Source: Chrysomallon squamiferum
Lineage: Eukaryota > Animalia > Mollusca
Direction of reading: 5' to 3'
Assembly: GCA_012295275.1 (NCBI GenBank)
Contig: CM022668.1
Coordinates: 806,001 to 870,000, forward strand
DNA length: 64,000 bases
A program made the translations under genes and the position numbers. Positions 32,071 to 45,431 of the stretch are shown here, in pieces (the stretch's first letter is position 1; each line of letters starts with the position of its first letter). The notes beneath the pieces were generated by a model. That model made no database searches. It had not been told where the DNA came from and saw only the letters and a list, made by a program, of their open reading frames with translations.

Positions 32071-33373
32071 ATAATAATAATAATAATAATAATACCTACA
32101 TTAGTTTTCATAAACATGTGAACATCCCAGCTGAATTTTTATCGCTTGATGTTGTTGTTGTTACTTTTTTTTTTTTTTTTTTATAACGAAAATCATTCCA
32201 CTTCATACGTGATATATCACAATGATATACTTCCAGAAATTTCTTTATGCAATGTTATAATTATGTACATGAATTGGTGTTTAGTATTAATTTGGTAAAC
32301 AATGAAACAGTTCACATCAGTTTTACAGTAAACCGTAAAAGTAATTTTAGACTTTCACAACTCCACACGAAGCAGATTTTGTATTATTTTGTAAGAATAT
32401 GTATTTAATTAAATTTTATTGCATTTTTGCGTATTTACATACATACTATTTATAATTATATAAACACACTTAAAATAAACAGAGACACGTTCGATGTTAA
32501 CAATCAGTTTTTTTCCCATATGTACCGTTTCAGTTATTTAAGATTTCTTTATTATAGGACAACACTAAAACAAAATATATATACTTTATTTATTTTCCAC
32601 TCTGGTAAAATATGTGTTCAAGCTAAAAAGTAGGTAAAATTATAAATGTGTATTTGTTAATAAAGATTCTTATAAAATAAAGTTAGTTAACAAGCAAGAG
32701 AAATTATTATGTTATAAAGATGTCATCACAGCCTTGATGTCAACCATTAAAATAATGAAATACATATGTAAGAAATGCATAATATAATTTGTGCAAATGT
32801 TATATGTTTCAGTTATGTAAATAATTTTTTTTAATACAATTGAACAAAATATTTACAAACCGCAATTTATAATCTTCATAAATTCTATAACACATGTATA
32901 ATTAAGTCCTGAACAGAGTTTAAAAAATGAAATTAGATAAAGAAAAATATGTATTAAAAAAAGTTTATAAATATATATAGGTAAGGTCGAGTGTGCAAGA
33001 AATTTCTCTTTCTATCTCTATCTGCCTGGCCGCGTCACTCGTCTTGTGTTTAGGTTAGGTGTTGTATTTCACTTGGCGTCTTCTTACCCTATATATTTTG
33101 CGTTAAAATAATTCATGAATTTTTTTCTTTAAAATATATATATAAACCAAAATGATAAATAATAACGAAATAAAAAACATGTAAAAAAAATAAAACGATG
33201 TAAATAAATGCAAATAAAATCATAAACCAGTTCCTTATTTACAAGTTTCTTTTCCAGCTAAGATTAGTGTCTGTATAATTTGATTTCGTCTCTATCAATC
33301 CAATAACTGATTACATAAAACATAGTATTGTGTTCAGTCCAAAAAAAAAAAAAAAAAAAAAAGATAGAACTTA

Positions 33374-33410
<37 letters not shown>

Positions 33411-33731
33411 TGAACGACAACAGTAGCAACCATATAAAACCATAATTAATAAATATATTATAAAATTTTTTTTTTTAAATTTTAAAAATGTAAGAAATTA
33501 AATACTTAAAACATTTGATCGGAAAAAAAATAACAGAACCGGCATAAAAGAATTATACAATCTATGAATGCCCCGTGAAACACCATAACCAAAGCTCCGT
33601 TACAATCATACAGTTTGTTCATAAGCGCTAAGCATTACTAACAGAAATATTTTGACAATTGATATAATTAATATCATTATAGTTTTCTTGTGTTTACATT
33701 TATATATATATATTTACAATGTCTAAAGTGT

Positions 33732-34925
33732 CTATCCATTCATTTTCGGCTTTTCATCCTCCTCTGGTTTGTCGAACTCGTGTAGTTCCTGGAAATCTTC
33801 CCACAGTTGTTTTACGAGATCTAGAGCTAACATGTCGCCAACATTTTTACGAACAGCCCGAACTAGGAATACACCGTCGTCTCGGAGGTATTCTCTGACG
33901 AACTTGCGGAACAACTTCCGCTCGCTGCTCGTGTCGTCTGCGTTCAACAGGTCGATGTGTTTCTGAATGAATTCTTCCCGCCGTTTTCTGAAACAGATGT
34001 TAAAAATCCAAAAGAAGAAATTAACGATTGTTACAATGGACAGGAGAAACAGCCAGAACCAGGTGAAGGCGTACATTTTTTCTACAAACAAGTTGATGGA
34101 AAGAACGCACTGAAGCGTATATCGCTGAATATTCTGAAGCTGTCGTATCTCGAAATCACACATGGCTATCCGAGGAAACGAGTTCAGGTCTTCCCAAGAT
34201 CCCTGCTGGGTCAAGATGCTTATAATCTGAAATCCGTACGTGCTGAAATCGATGTCTAAGAATTTGGTTAGCATGAAGAACTGTCCAATGACGTTAGCGC
34301 AATAGAGAAGTTTACAGAACAGGTACAATCCTGTCAGATAGGTTCCTTGTCGTTTGCCAAACATAAAGCAGACGACACCCGAAACCTTCTTTCTTACTCG
34401 GATTAAAATGTTGTATTTGTACTCCCTGTAAGCCATGAGCCAATTTTTAACGAAAGTGGCAATCTGTTTTATTTTTTTACTTCTTTCTTTTGGGGGAGAC
34501 ATCATCGTTTCTTCAGCCATTCTAACGATCTTGGTGACATTGATACCGGAATAGGTTTTCAGTTCTTTCCAAATGATGTTTGGAAACTTGAAAAGCAGAG
34601 CCTGGAATAGAAATAAAACGGGCACCCATCGGTAGAAGCTGATATCCCTTTCAAATCGTTTGTGTACCTCTACTGGTATTGGTTCATCCATGGGCACATT
34701 GTACATGTGGCTAATGAAGCAGTAGTTTTCAGCATATTCTTTGTGAGATCCCGCGAAATGGGCTGGATTCCAGCAATGGATCGGGTCACCTACATAGTTC
34801 TTGGCGCCTGAAAAGGCAGCAAATGCAATGAAAATGCCCACTGAAGCTAAATGATGCATTTGATCGATTCCGTCATCGTCCTCAGCCCCTTTTGAAACTG
34901 ACAACTTTGAGAAGGCTTCTATCAT
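33732..34925 (-). CDS. Innexin (invertebrate gap-junction protein), copy 1
   Basis: 397-aa ORF in one exon: DDDGIDQ.HH, YVGDPIHCW.PAHF..YAENYCF, FYRWVP (YYQW-type motif), GTYLTGLYLFCKLLY..N.IGQ, FPRIAMCDF.IRQL.NIQRYTLQCVLSINLF.EK; four hydrophobic segments, two Cys per extracellular loop. Acceptor before 34935; the true start may lie in exon 35037-35082. Confidence 0.97.
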   Translation of the reverse strand: MIEAFSKLSVSKGAEDDDGIDQMHHLASVGIFIAFAAFSGAKNYVGDPIHCWNPAHFAGSHKEYAENYCFISHMYNVPMDEPIPVEVHKRFERDISFYRWVPVLFLFQALLFKFPNIIWKELKTYSGINVTKIVRMAEETMMSPPKERSKKIKQIATFVKNWLMAYREYKYNILIRVRKKVSGVVCFMFGKRQGTYLTGLYLFCKLLYCANVIGQFFMLTKFLDIDFSTYGFQIISILTQQGSWEDLNSFPRIAMCDFEIRQLQNIQRYTLQCVLSINLFVEKMYAFTWFWLFLLSIVTIVNFFFWIFNICFRKRREEFIQKHIDLLNADDTSSERKLFRKFVREYLRDDGVFLVRAVRKNVGDMLALDLVKQLWEDFQELHEFDKPEEDEKPKMNG

Positions 34926-37900
34926 AGAACCCAGCCTGAAATATAAATTACGTAATCATTTATTATGCAACCAGCTGCATAGCAATATTTTATTTTATTG
35001 ATTTGTTTACGTACGGTGAATATCAACTATACTTACATGACTATCGAGTTTTTTCAACAAGCCCACTTCAAATAATTTTCACCTGTAAATAAATGCAAGA
35101 TAATTATATGCATATTTAAAAACCATTTGTTAAAGCAAACCAAACAATCAATATTTTAGTTTTTCTAAATTGCGCTAATAGTCGCTTTAACATACACAGA
35201 TACCTCATCGTAACAAAACAACACCAAAAAAAACCCACCAATATTTAAACCCGTAAGTTATAATCACTTCATCTAAGTAGATAACAATTATATTAATACT
35301 GTTAAATATTAAAAGAAGTGATAATTTCATATTTAATGCAGTCATTTATAAAAAATATAACAAACTGTCCAAAATATTTGAATAGTATGTGCATCTACTT
35401 ACTCAAGTTAAATACCATCAGTCATGTTGAGTCAGAAATGAATAGATCTAAATCAAACTGGACAGAAACCTACCGGTACTAATCAAATATGCCTAAATAA
35501 ATTAGCATATTGCATAATACATAGATTTCCACATAACTGGGTTTTATTTTTGTTTAAGAAACAAGATCATGCTAATGATATTTTTATTATCGTCATCATC
35601 AACATTTTCATATTTGTTTTGGGTTGTTTTAATTTTACCTATGAATATAAAAAAAAAAAATAAAAAAAAAAAAAAAAAGGAAAATGAATTTGTATGATTT
35701 TTTAAAAATAATATTGTTATATTTGATATATATCATTATTTATACGTTGTCATCGCCAGAGGTTCTTTAATGAGGCTGATTTTCAAATAAATCCAGTTTA
35801 TTTATAAAGTCTAATTCGTTGCCACCTACTGTTATTGTGAAAAGCTTTCCACAAAGCTCCGATCCTATCTCCAACTGGGTCAGATAATGCATAATTACAG
35901 AGAAAAATAGTTGCTAAAGCTCACATTGTGTGCTTTTTATAAAAGAAAATCCGTATCTCTGGTTATTCATTTATATCCAACAACAAAAAAATATTTAAAA
36001 AAAAATATATATATATTAGTTTTTTTTCTTTTTTACCTTATTTTTTTAACAAAAGGAGGGAAAAAGAAGATGTAGGTTAATTGTTATAGATGTATATACT
36101 CAGTAGTTGGTAATGACTTGCTTTACTGAACTGGTATTTTTATTTTGAATAGGATGAATAAGCAGAAGAAAAGAAAAGAGAGAATAACGTTAAAAATATA
36201 ATTAAGCAAATAAAAAAAAAAAAAATAAAAAAATCAGAGTTTAAATTAAATATGACTTTAATTAACTATTTTAACTTCACCTAGAAAATAAATAGGAATG
36301 GTTTATAATTTAGGTTTTAGCTGTTATCAAGCCTATCCCACTACCTCCGCTAACAGTTTCTTTTGTTATATAAGATAAGGTGTGGTTAACAGCAAGAAAT
36401 ACACTCAGACTGTTGGAAGAAAAGTTTAAATCAGTTTCTATCAGATATTTGGAAATTTCACTTTTCTTATAAATTTAATGATCACTTGACATTGTTAACT
36501 AACAAAAATGCCTCAAAACCAGTCTACGTTAGCTTGACACGGGTCACTGATTAGAAATGTAACGAAAAAGAGGTTGATGGATAGACGTCACCATGTTTAC
36601 CAGTATGCCCTACGGTAAATGGAAATTTTTATTTTCATGCTGAGCAGTCAGACGAGTAGACGCGGAAGAATGGAAAAAGACTATTTTACCATTACGAAAT
36701 ATTCTTATCTAATTTAATTTATAGTTTTTCTAATACAACTTCTTGTTCAAAGAGATGCATGGTTGCTTCGGAAGAAAATAAACAAACAAATAAAATAAAT
36801 AAATAAATTATAAGAATCAAAATTTAATGAACACCCGAGTGTTACGCCCTTCCGTCTTACTAATTCATTACGAGAAATCTTTTATTTCTACAATGTGAGG
36901 ATAGCAATATGGAAGAAGTTATTCTTAATATTAGAAAAATAACCTCCTAACATGAAGCTTTTTCATTAGTTACAAAATATTTATGCGCCAGCTCATGTAG
37001 ATAGAAAGAGGAAGAATGGATTATATCTCACGTACCTATTATTATACATCAAATAATTCTGTCTGACAAACCGATGAGTTCTGTTTACAAATTTGACCTA
37101 AGGTGCCGTCTTTTTAAAATAAACTGACTGATTTATGATTCGAAATTATGTGAACAGATAAGAATTCATTTTGTTCCCGATAACCTGACAGAGAAACAAT
37201 TGTCGTATCTCCGCTTAGGATATTTATTATCATAAACAATGTGTACAATCAGCACTTTTATATTTTTAACATTTTCTAGTAATCGGGAGTTACTGTTTTG
37301 TCACTGGTAGAACCCAAAAGTGTTTGTAAATGTTTTTGTTTTTTTTGTTATTGTTGTTTATGTTGGGACGGTTTTTTTCTCTTTTCTTTTATGATAAAGC
37401 ATTGTCTTTTAATACACTTAAAAAAAAAATATATATATATATATATACAAATATATCTTTAAACAAAATACATATATCAGAAAGAGAGAGAGAGACTCAG
37501 AGAGGTATACATGTGTAATTGCATAGAAACATTATTCAAATGTCACAAACCAAACTAACATATTTAAATCTAGGTAAACAAGCTTGAGCTTGAGCCTTAG
37601 TAAACAAGCTTGAGCTGTTATGGATTAATTACACTGTTTATTAACTTGGCTTTTTATATGCCAAAATGTTTAAGACCAGTTATGTTAAAGCCAAATAAAC
37701 TGTGCAATTATTTTCTATTCAGCAAGTCAACAGTATTTAGCTTTTGGTGGTTAGTTTCTTATTTTATGCTATAAATAAAAACTGTATTTATTAATAAATG
37801 CGTTATACAAATAAATACACATTTTAAAATAATGTACGAGCGTACCCCTGGCCCTTCCAAATAATACAACTTCGTACATGTAAACAATACATAAATATAC

Positions 37901-37973
37901 TTTGATAGATGAAGATCATGTTGTTGATCAGTTATAATATTTAAAATACGTATGGTCTTCTCTTTTTTTTTTT

Positions 37974-38018
<45 letters not shown>

Positions 38019-38929
38019 TTGTTATACATTTTTATGTACGAAATCAGTTTAAAGAAAGGGAAGTGGGAGCTCTTGTCATTACTAGTAGAGGCTGGAATTA
38101 GTAAAAAGTAGGTTAATAAAAACAGCACCACATATAACTATATAAAATTAGTTTTGACAGTACAAGTATACACTGAATTCATTGTTGCAGAAAATAGAGT
38201 AATTGTTAAATCTATTTGCCTCTAACAATAAAAACTCGTCCTGACAAAAGTGAACAAAAGATTAACGTCACAAGAAATGCTTTGAATGGTTAATCTGGAT
38301 TAATCTAGAGTGTAAGAGATATTAGTTAATCTGCACGAAACGGAATTAACAATTAAGCAAAGTAACGTTTGTAATGTGTAGATAGTTTCTAGCAGGTTTC
38401 ATCCCCACACCTAACGTCCATTATTTTTATTTTTTTATTTTTTTTAAATTCGACTTCATGATTATCCATCCCTTCATCCTACCTCTGTTACTAAGACAAT
38501 GTTTATGTAACGTTCATTTTTTTAAAATATGTATTACAATTAGAATACTGTATGTGATTCATTCGCGTACTGTAATTTTAGGTTATTGAACAGATCTACT
38601 TTTAGCAGTTATAAATATTTTTCACTGATCAGAAAATATGGAATATGAATAATTTTGACAAAGTTAATAAGCTGAAATTATATTTTATAATCATTATTAT
38701 TATTACTACTGTTTCTGCTGTTACTACGACTATTATTTACTTATTTATTTCCATTTTATGATTATATTTATGTACATGTGACAATCATAACATTAACAGT
38801 TGGTTTTTCAGTAAAAAATAATACTACCCTAGGCTGTATTTGTGAATAATTCCGCCTCTCCGTTTAGACGATACCTGGTATCGGCCATTTTGTTCATCGT
38901 ATGTTTATGTACCTATATATTTGAAACAA

Positions 38930-39205
38930 GACTTACCTCGAGTTACCTATATCAGAAGGTAACACTTCGCTAGTAGTTACAGGTAAACTGTAATGTCACA
39001 GAAATTCCAAGTGTCTAAACATGTATCATTGTTTTATGTTATCGTCTTTTGTCGTATAAAATAAACTTTTAAGCAAAAAACCTAACGCTAAACACAAGAT
39101 AAAGAAAGTTTCTAAAACTTGCTAGATCAAGAAAGACGCGACATCAATGACCCGTGGCCTGTGATGGAATGTACGTGGGCAGATCCAGTCATTTCATTGG
39201 TCGGT
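38930..39205 (-). promoter_or_regulatory. Probable innexin copy 1 non-coding first exon and promoter
   Basis: Strong donor GAG|GTAAGT near 38937 (paralog CAG|GTGAGT near 56037); block cccgtggcctgtgatggaatgtacgtgggcagatccagtc identical in both units, containing TGGAATGT (TEAD/MCAT) next to an ATTGG (CCAAT) box. Confidence 0.5.
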
Positions 39206-39374
39206 GATGTTTGATGACGGTTTCACCCATGTTTACAGACCCGATTGAAAAGCAGGTAGATTGTTTTGGTGCGACCGGAGACAGTGAACTCAGTGAAATG
39301 TACAGCGTTACTATATTTATCATAACTGAACTAGTTGACAGTTTGACACCCATAATAAACTGTAAGCGCAGAAG

Positions 39375-41031
39375 ATACTGAAATGACATCAAGTCAAAAT
39401 TAAACTCCAAGATATTACCTACAATATAATAAATGCCTAGGTTTACTATTTTCAGTTCATTTGTAAAACACACTTAAAGTGGACCTGGCTGACCATAAAA
39501 AGCATCATACTCAGGCGTATAAAAGAACATCCCCATAAATTATGAGACAAAAGTATCTGGTATCAATATTGGTCAGAAGGAACTTACAATATTTAACATG
39601 TTCACTTATTTACAAAGTCTAATAACTTAAAGTCTTAGTATTTTCCCTTTCAACAGTCCAGTTATTTCAGAAATGTCATGAGAGCTGATGCTTTACATCT
39701 GGGTGGAAATTTCAAGAGATGGTGTGTAGATGATGCAAAGGATCCAACATCTGTTGTTGCCTCCAGTTAAACAGCAGGTCCATGGTGATGCATGAAATAG
39801 ATATGGTTGTCTTCATGTTCATCTGAATCAGGTCAATCCATAGACTTTTTTTAATTTCCATGGATTAATTCTTTAGATAGTTGAGGACTTGCTTGCTCTA
39901 TCATGTACCGTTGTCAAAATATTAATTATTCTTCAATCACTTACTAAACAATGTTGATATTTCTGTAAGTTTCTGATACACGATGGATGGAATATGGCCT
40001 ACTTACTTTCCCACTGAACACTCCTCCTGTACAGGTTCTTGTTAAAATAGTTTCTTCTAAAAGCTTCATTAATGATTTTAGGTCCATCATGTATGCACTT
40101 TGGAATTTTTCAATAAATGAAAATTTGTGTTATGGCAGTCAGTTTTCTGTCAGTACCAATCCATTGCTGTTATATTATCACTAGGACATTTCAACATGCT
40201 TAAGCTTTAGATTAGGTTTCTGGTGATATTTACAGACATAGTAGAGATGAGATCCTGATGACTTAGTAAGAACACACAATTTTGCAGCAAAGGTGCAAGT
40301 GAAGAAATTCCAATCTTCTTTTCTGTTAGGATTCTTTACAAGAAAAAATAATGTTCCTTGAGATGTGATAAGATTAGCTGGTTTTGATGTTGTACCTATT
40401 ACAAAGTTCTTCTATGAAAGCTTTGTTCTTATCTCTTTGTCCTAATATACCCATCTGCTTTTTTACATGACAGCTTTTAGCACTAGGTTGTTTGTGGCTC
40501 CAAATTTCTTCATAATCCTGTCTGTCTTCCAAAATCACCACCCAGAGTAGGGTTATAATAAAGTACTACATCTGTTACATGTCTCTACTGCATTATAGTG
40601 TTTTGCTTACCTTAAAGCATTTGAAATGGCAAAATGTGCATTTTATGCTCAGCTATGTCCACTTAAGTGTACTTTACTAATAAACTAAAAATACTGCATC
40701 TTGCAATTTTTCTTATGTTGTAAGTAATATCTTGAAGTCTAATTTTGACTTCATGTCATTTCAAGGTCACTTGGAGCACACAATCAAATAATAAGCGAAT
40801 TATGAGAGGTTTGGGATTCTTATCAAAATAGCTTTCCAAATGACATCAATTTCATCAAACTGACCTGGTTATCAAGATATTAGGGTAAAAAAAGAGATGT
40901 TTTTTTGGCAAAAAGTAAAATTTGGGCCCATTATCTCTACAAAATATAATATTTGAGATTTGTGCTAGTTATGTCAAATTAATTTGAACGAAATGTTGCT
41001 TTTTGGAGGGTGATTTGACATGGAATGACCC
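39375..41031 (-). mobile_element. Decayed DNA transposon remnant, probably Sola2-like
   Basis: Minus-strand peptide KIGISS..CVLTKSSGSHLYYVCKYHQ (~40215-40315) resembles the CV..GSSGTH..CVC..HQN motif of this transposase group; terminus-like GGGTCATTCCATGTCAAATCACC ends at 41031. Family assignment is from memory. Confidence 0.45.
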
Positions 41032-42496
41032 ATATATTACATTTTGTTATTTATTTATCAGCAAAATGGAAGATGGTGAGGTTAAACCCATTGGATGATT
41101 AGACAGAATGACCAATATGGAGTTAGAAATATTCAGTCTAACAAGTTTATAAACAATTTATCAATAGATTTGACAAAACTATTTTGTGCATTATCAACAC
41201 TAAAATATCATAATTAAATCTTCAATCTAACAGATTTTATTACTACTACTATTATTATTATACCATTCTACAAATAAAATAACATCATTACCTGGAACAA
41301 TAATGAATATATTCTATCTTTTTTGTTTGTGTCTTTTTTTTCTTTTTAAAATTATAGTTTACGTTACAGTTCAACTAATCTGAAAACAAAAGAAACCAAA
41401 CCAATGCTAGAAACATTAAACAATATATATTTGTCCTCAGCTTTATGTTTAAATACAGAAGGTATGTTATGCAAAGTTTAGAAGTATATTTGAATTGTAA
41501 ACAAAAATTTAAATGCTGTTAATATTGTAAGTTTTATTCAGGGGATATATAAAAAGAAAGAACACAAGATTTATTACCTCAATAATAGTATAATATATAA
41601 TGTTGAAAAATAAAATTACTAAAGAAACAGATAACTAAACTAATCATTCTTTTATATATATTTCAAATGTAATATTTTGTACAAAATTTTATTAAACAAA
41701 ACTGTAACTGACAAAATAGATGAACATAATAATAAAATAACAACCTTACAAGAATAAACAAAAAAAATGTGAGAATAAAATAAAAAATGCATCTTTAAAA
41801 AAATATAAATACAATAAATACAAAGTTAATATATAAAATAGAACATTGCTCTGAGATTACATCCTCCAAAACCAAATTACTTGATACAGATTTATATGTG
41901 TGCGTGAACACACATGTACAGGTGTGTGTTTACATTAAAATAATAAAAAAATAACAGCTTTCTATGTTTCAGTGAAAATGCATGACAACATATTTAATAT
42001 ATTTCCAGAATGCCTATAAAATTTTGGTCTTGGATCAAATTGTTTGAAATGTGTGTTTGACGTTTATTGTAACAGGAAAGAAAGATATGAAATACAAAGA
42101 ACAAATTTTATAGAGCTTTGACATTTCTGCAATTAATATGATAAACAAATATTTGAAACATGCATTCTTCACCAATCTTACCAAGTTTTAATATGTTTTT
42201 TATTTTGCACTCAATGTACGAAAAATGCAAAAATATGTATTTTCCATATAAATAAATAAATTTTTATGGAAATTGTACATCGTATTTGGAGTAAACATTG
42301 CAATGGTAATTTAACATATTTATTTTTATTTAGGCTATATATATATATATATATATATATATTTACTCAGGCTTCTGCTTTCCCGAAAAGGAAAACTTTA
42401 AAAACAGTTTGTACATAAACTAACCCCTCTCAGCAGCACTCACACATGTGCAGTTATAAAAGCAGTTTGACTTTTTTCAGTTTACCTTTTTTTTTC

Positions 42497-45398
42497 AATG
42501 GCTGCCTGGCAGATGACATAATTATCTGTGATGTATTTTGTCTGATGATTTGGGAGGTTTACTACCAGATCAATCATTTTATCTTCTATCAGCCTGAAAA
42601 TTAAACACATCTCTAGACTTAATTAATAATAATTAAGCAATAAATTAGAGAGTAAGAATTTTAATAAGCATGTTAGCATTAAGATATAAATAAATAATGG
42701 TTAAATAGATAGATTTTGTTTAAATTCTCACTGAATACAAATACCTCTCTGTAAAAATCAAATAAAAATAATACTAAATTGTGAAACATACTTTGTAGCG
42801 ACAGGAAAACCACTATGATCCTCTGAGACTGGCCAGCTGACAGTCTGAGTGGGTATGTAGTGAATGTTCAAATATTCCGCTGTCTTGTCAGTGGCATATA
42901 TCTGAAATTAATATAATACTGTGCATTATAAATCAAATAGTTATAAAGCAACATATGGCATAAATCTGAAATTAATATATAACCATAATATGTTACTGCA
43001 TAACTTAATAATTATCTCAGTAACTCGTAATTATTAATGCACAATAGATAGTTATTATTTGATTAGCAATCTGATTTTTAGCAAAAGACATGATAACAGT
43101 TCTATAAAATTTCTGACCTGTACCAATTATATTTCAGTCTATTACTGTTAGTCAAACTGTGACAATGTCTGACGGAATCTGTTATTAAAACTAAAAAAAA
43201 ATAAAAAGTGTTTCTTACCTGGTAACCCAGTGTGGACAATCTCTTGGCAATGGGTAGAAAGTGAGACAAGAAAGACTTCAAGAAAGACCAGAACACTGCG
43301 ACCATCTTTAGGCATCTTGAAACCAGCAGACATCAGAGCCTTCAGGAATGCTGTGTATTTGGTTCTTCCAAAACAGGCAACCTGAATGAATGAGTTTATT
43401 CTTATTAAATATGTTTAATAAATGTTTATTGTTCTACACTGAAAAGTCTTCAATTAAAATGTAATTAAAATAAATAATAAACAATTAAAAGACTAAAACT
43501 TTATTTTACTATCCAGAAAATTGCAACTGTCCATTGAAATTTTGAAAATTTTACTATAACTCACCAAATCAGGACATTCAAAAACTTTTTATCAATTATT
43601 GCAAATACAAAAGAAAGTCTATCTTCCTATACTTTTTTGCTTTTTCTTTATAATAAACCAAAGTAGATAAAACAAAACAATCAACAGGAAGTATAAAAGA
43701 TAAAAGTCAAATATATCATGACAAATAACTTAATTCATTCTCCTCATGCTTACCTCCCCTGTTGAAGCCGTTTGTCATTTGAGGAGAGGATCAGTGTCAC
43801 TGAGTCAAGAGCTAATATCTTCTTTTGACATGTAATAATTTATAAAACATCATTTCTTTTTATTTGGTAATTTCTTTTAAATGATTCAGCGAAAAAAAAA
43901 AAAATAATAACATTATTTATATTACAAAATGAACTACCAATCAACTAAAATTATTTTTGACAATATCAAATAATTTAAAACTTTAAAATATTTACCTGAT
44001 TTCAACATATGTAGTTGGATTGTGTGGGTTTTCAAGAGTAGGTAGCTCTGCCAAGTTCAGTTCTTCACCTAGCATCACTCTGGTTGCTGTGGCAATGAAA
44101 TCTGTTCCTATTGTCTTGGATACAAAAGGACAGGATCTAGCTGCTCGCAGATTCAGTTCAATCACCTAAAAGTAAACCAAAACTAACATGTATTGATAAA
44201 ACGAGAACCAGTATATATTATTATTAAAAGTTCGCTTATAGCATTCATTTCAAATACAAAACCAATTAATAAACTATTCTTATATGTTATAAGATAGGAA
44301 TCTATATGCAAATTAAAACTGCATGTTAAACACACACATTCACCTTCAATGAAGTGTTAATATAGCATATATTGTCAAATCAGGACTGATTATGTCATCA
44401 AATCGGTGCCTTGCTGCTTAAACTGCAATCCAAACCACTACATAAATATTCAGATTCTGTTTTAAGATAAAACAAGATAAATATTCTACCCTGACATCAT
44501 TATCCTTGACAAGAAACTGAATGTTAAAAGGACCAGTGATTTCAAACTTGTTAGCAATTTTACTTGTAGCTCCTCTGATCTGAAAAAAATTATATAAAAT
44601 TTTGTTACAAAGTAAAGAATATTTATTTATCAATTTAAGTATTAATTATAATCTAACTATTATTAAGTGTGACACAAAAGTTTCTCCATAAAGATGCTAA
44701 AAATAAAGTAAGTTTATAGCATGCAAATACCACTTTAAATTACTTATTATAAAGTTAAGAAATATATTTAGTATGTTTTAGATTTGTTTTTATATATATG
44801 TTTGTGTGTATATATAAAGGAGAAAAAGTAAAATAGCTCGTTAATTATATCATTAAACCAATTTATTATTAGCAAATAAACAATAACTATTTTAATAAAA
44901 TACAAATTAGGCTATATTAGTATCATCGCAGATGGACTTGACCTAGAGTTGCATCTCAATCTAGTTTTTGATGTGAAATTTAATGTATAAATTCATAAAG
45001 TAATATCTGAACTTGAAATTAAGCATGTAAACTTGCAATTTCAAGAGCCTCTTCGCTGATAGTTTGTGTTGGCAGTATGAGAGTAGCATCTCCACTGTGT
45101 ACTCCAGCATTCTCCACATGTTCACACATAGCATGTGTCACCACCTAACACAACAAAACAATACTTTCTACATCTTACTGTGACATAATCATTATCAATT
45201 TTCTTTTACTTGACAGTAATCATAAAATAATATTTTCCATATCAAACTACTGGTTTTCTTTTCTGTTTACCTCACTTATTTCATATAATCTTTTCTGTAT
45301 CACATTATTAAATTACTGTCTGTAAATCCTGTAAATGTTTATCTAGAATAAATTTTATTATATATTTTAAAAATGTCATTCACTTTAAAATAATAACA

Positions 45399-45431
<33 letters not shown>

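Noticed and set aside
33769-34259. Plus-strand ORFs antisense to innexin, present in both copies (also 53053-53543 and antisense ORFs over ASB8)
   Set aside because: Shadow frames; their conservation follows from near-identity of the sense CDS.
33732-34925. Single-exon innexin as a retrocopy or viral innexin
   Set aside because: It has upstream spliced exons, no poly(A) tail or TSD, and the second copy arose within a DNA-level segmental duplication.
35402-35430. Alternative innexin coding exon ending in GTAAGT
   Set aside because: Its ATGs are out of phase or hit a stop, and the segment is absent from copy 2.
39987-40184. Short ORFs conserved in both units (39987-40184/57068-57262; 39189-39473/56312-56554) as novel genes
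   Set aside because: They lie in or overlap the duplicated transposon remnant; no motifs or splice structure.
41905-41935. Hairpin gtgaacacaca...tgtgtgtttac conserved in both units as a structured RNA
   Set aside because: Low-complexity CA/TG stem inside a high-identity duplicated tract; no independent support.
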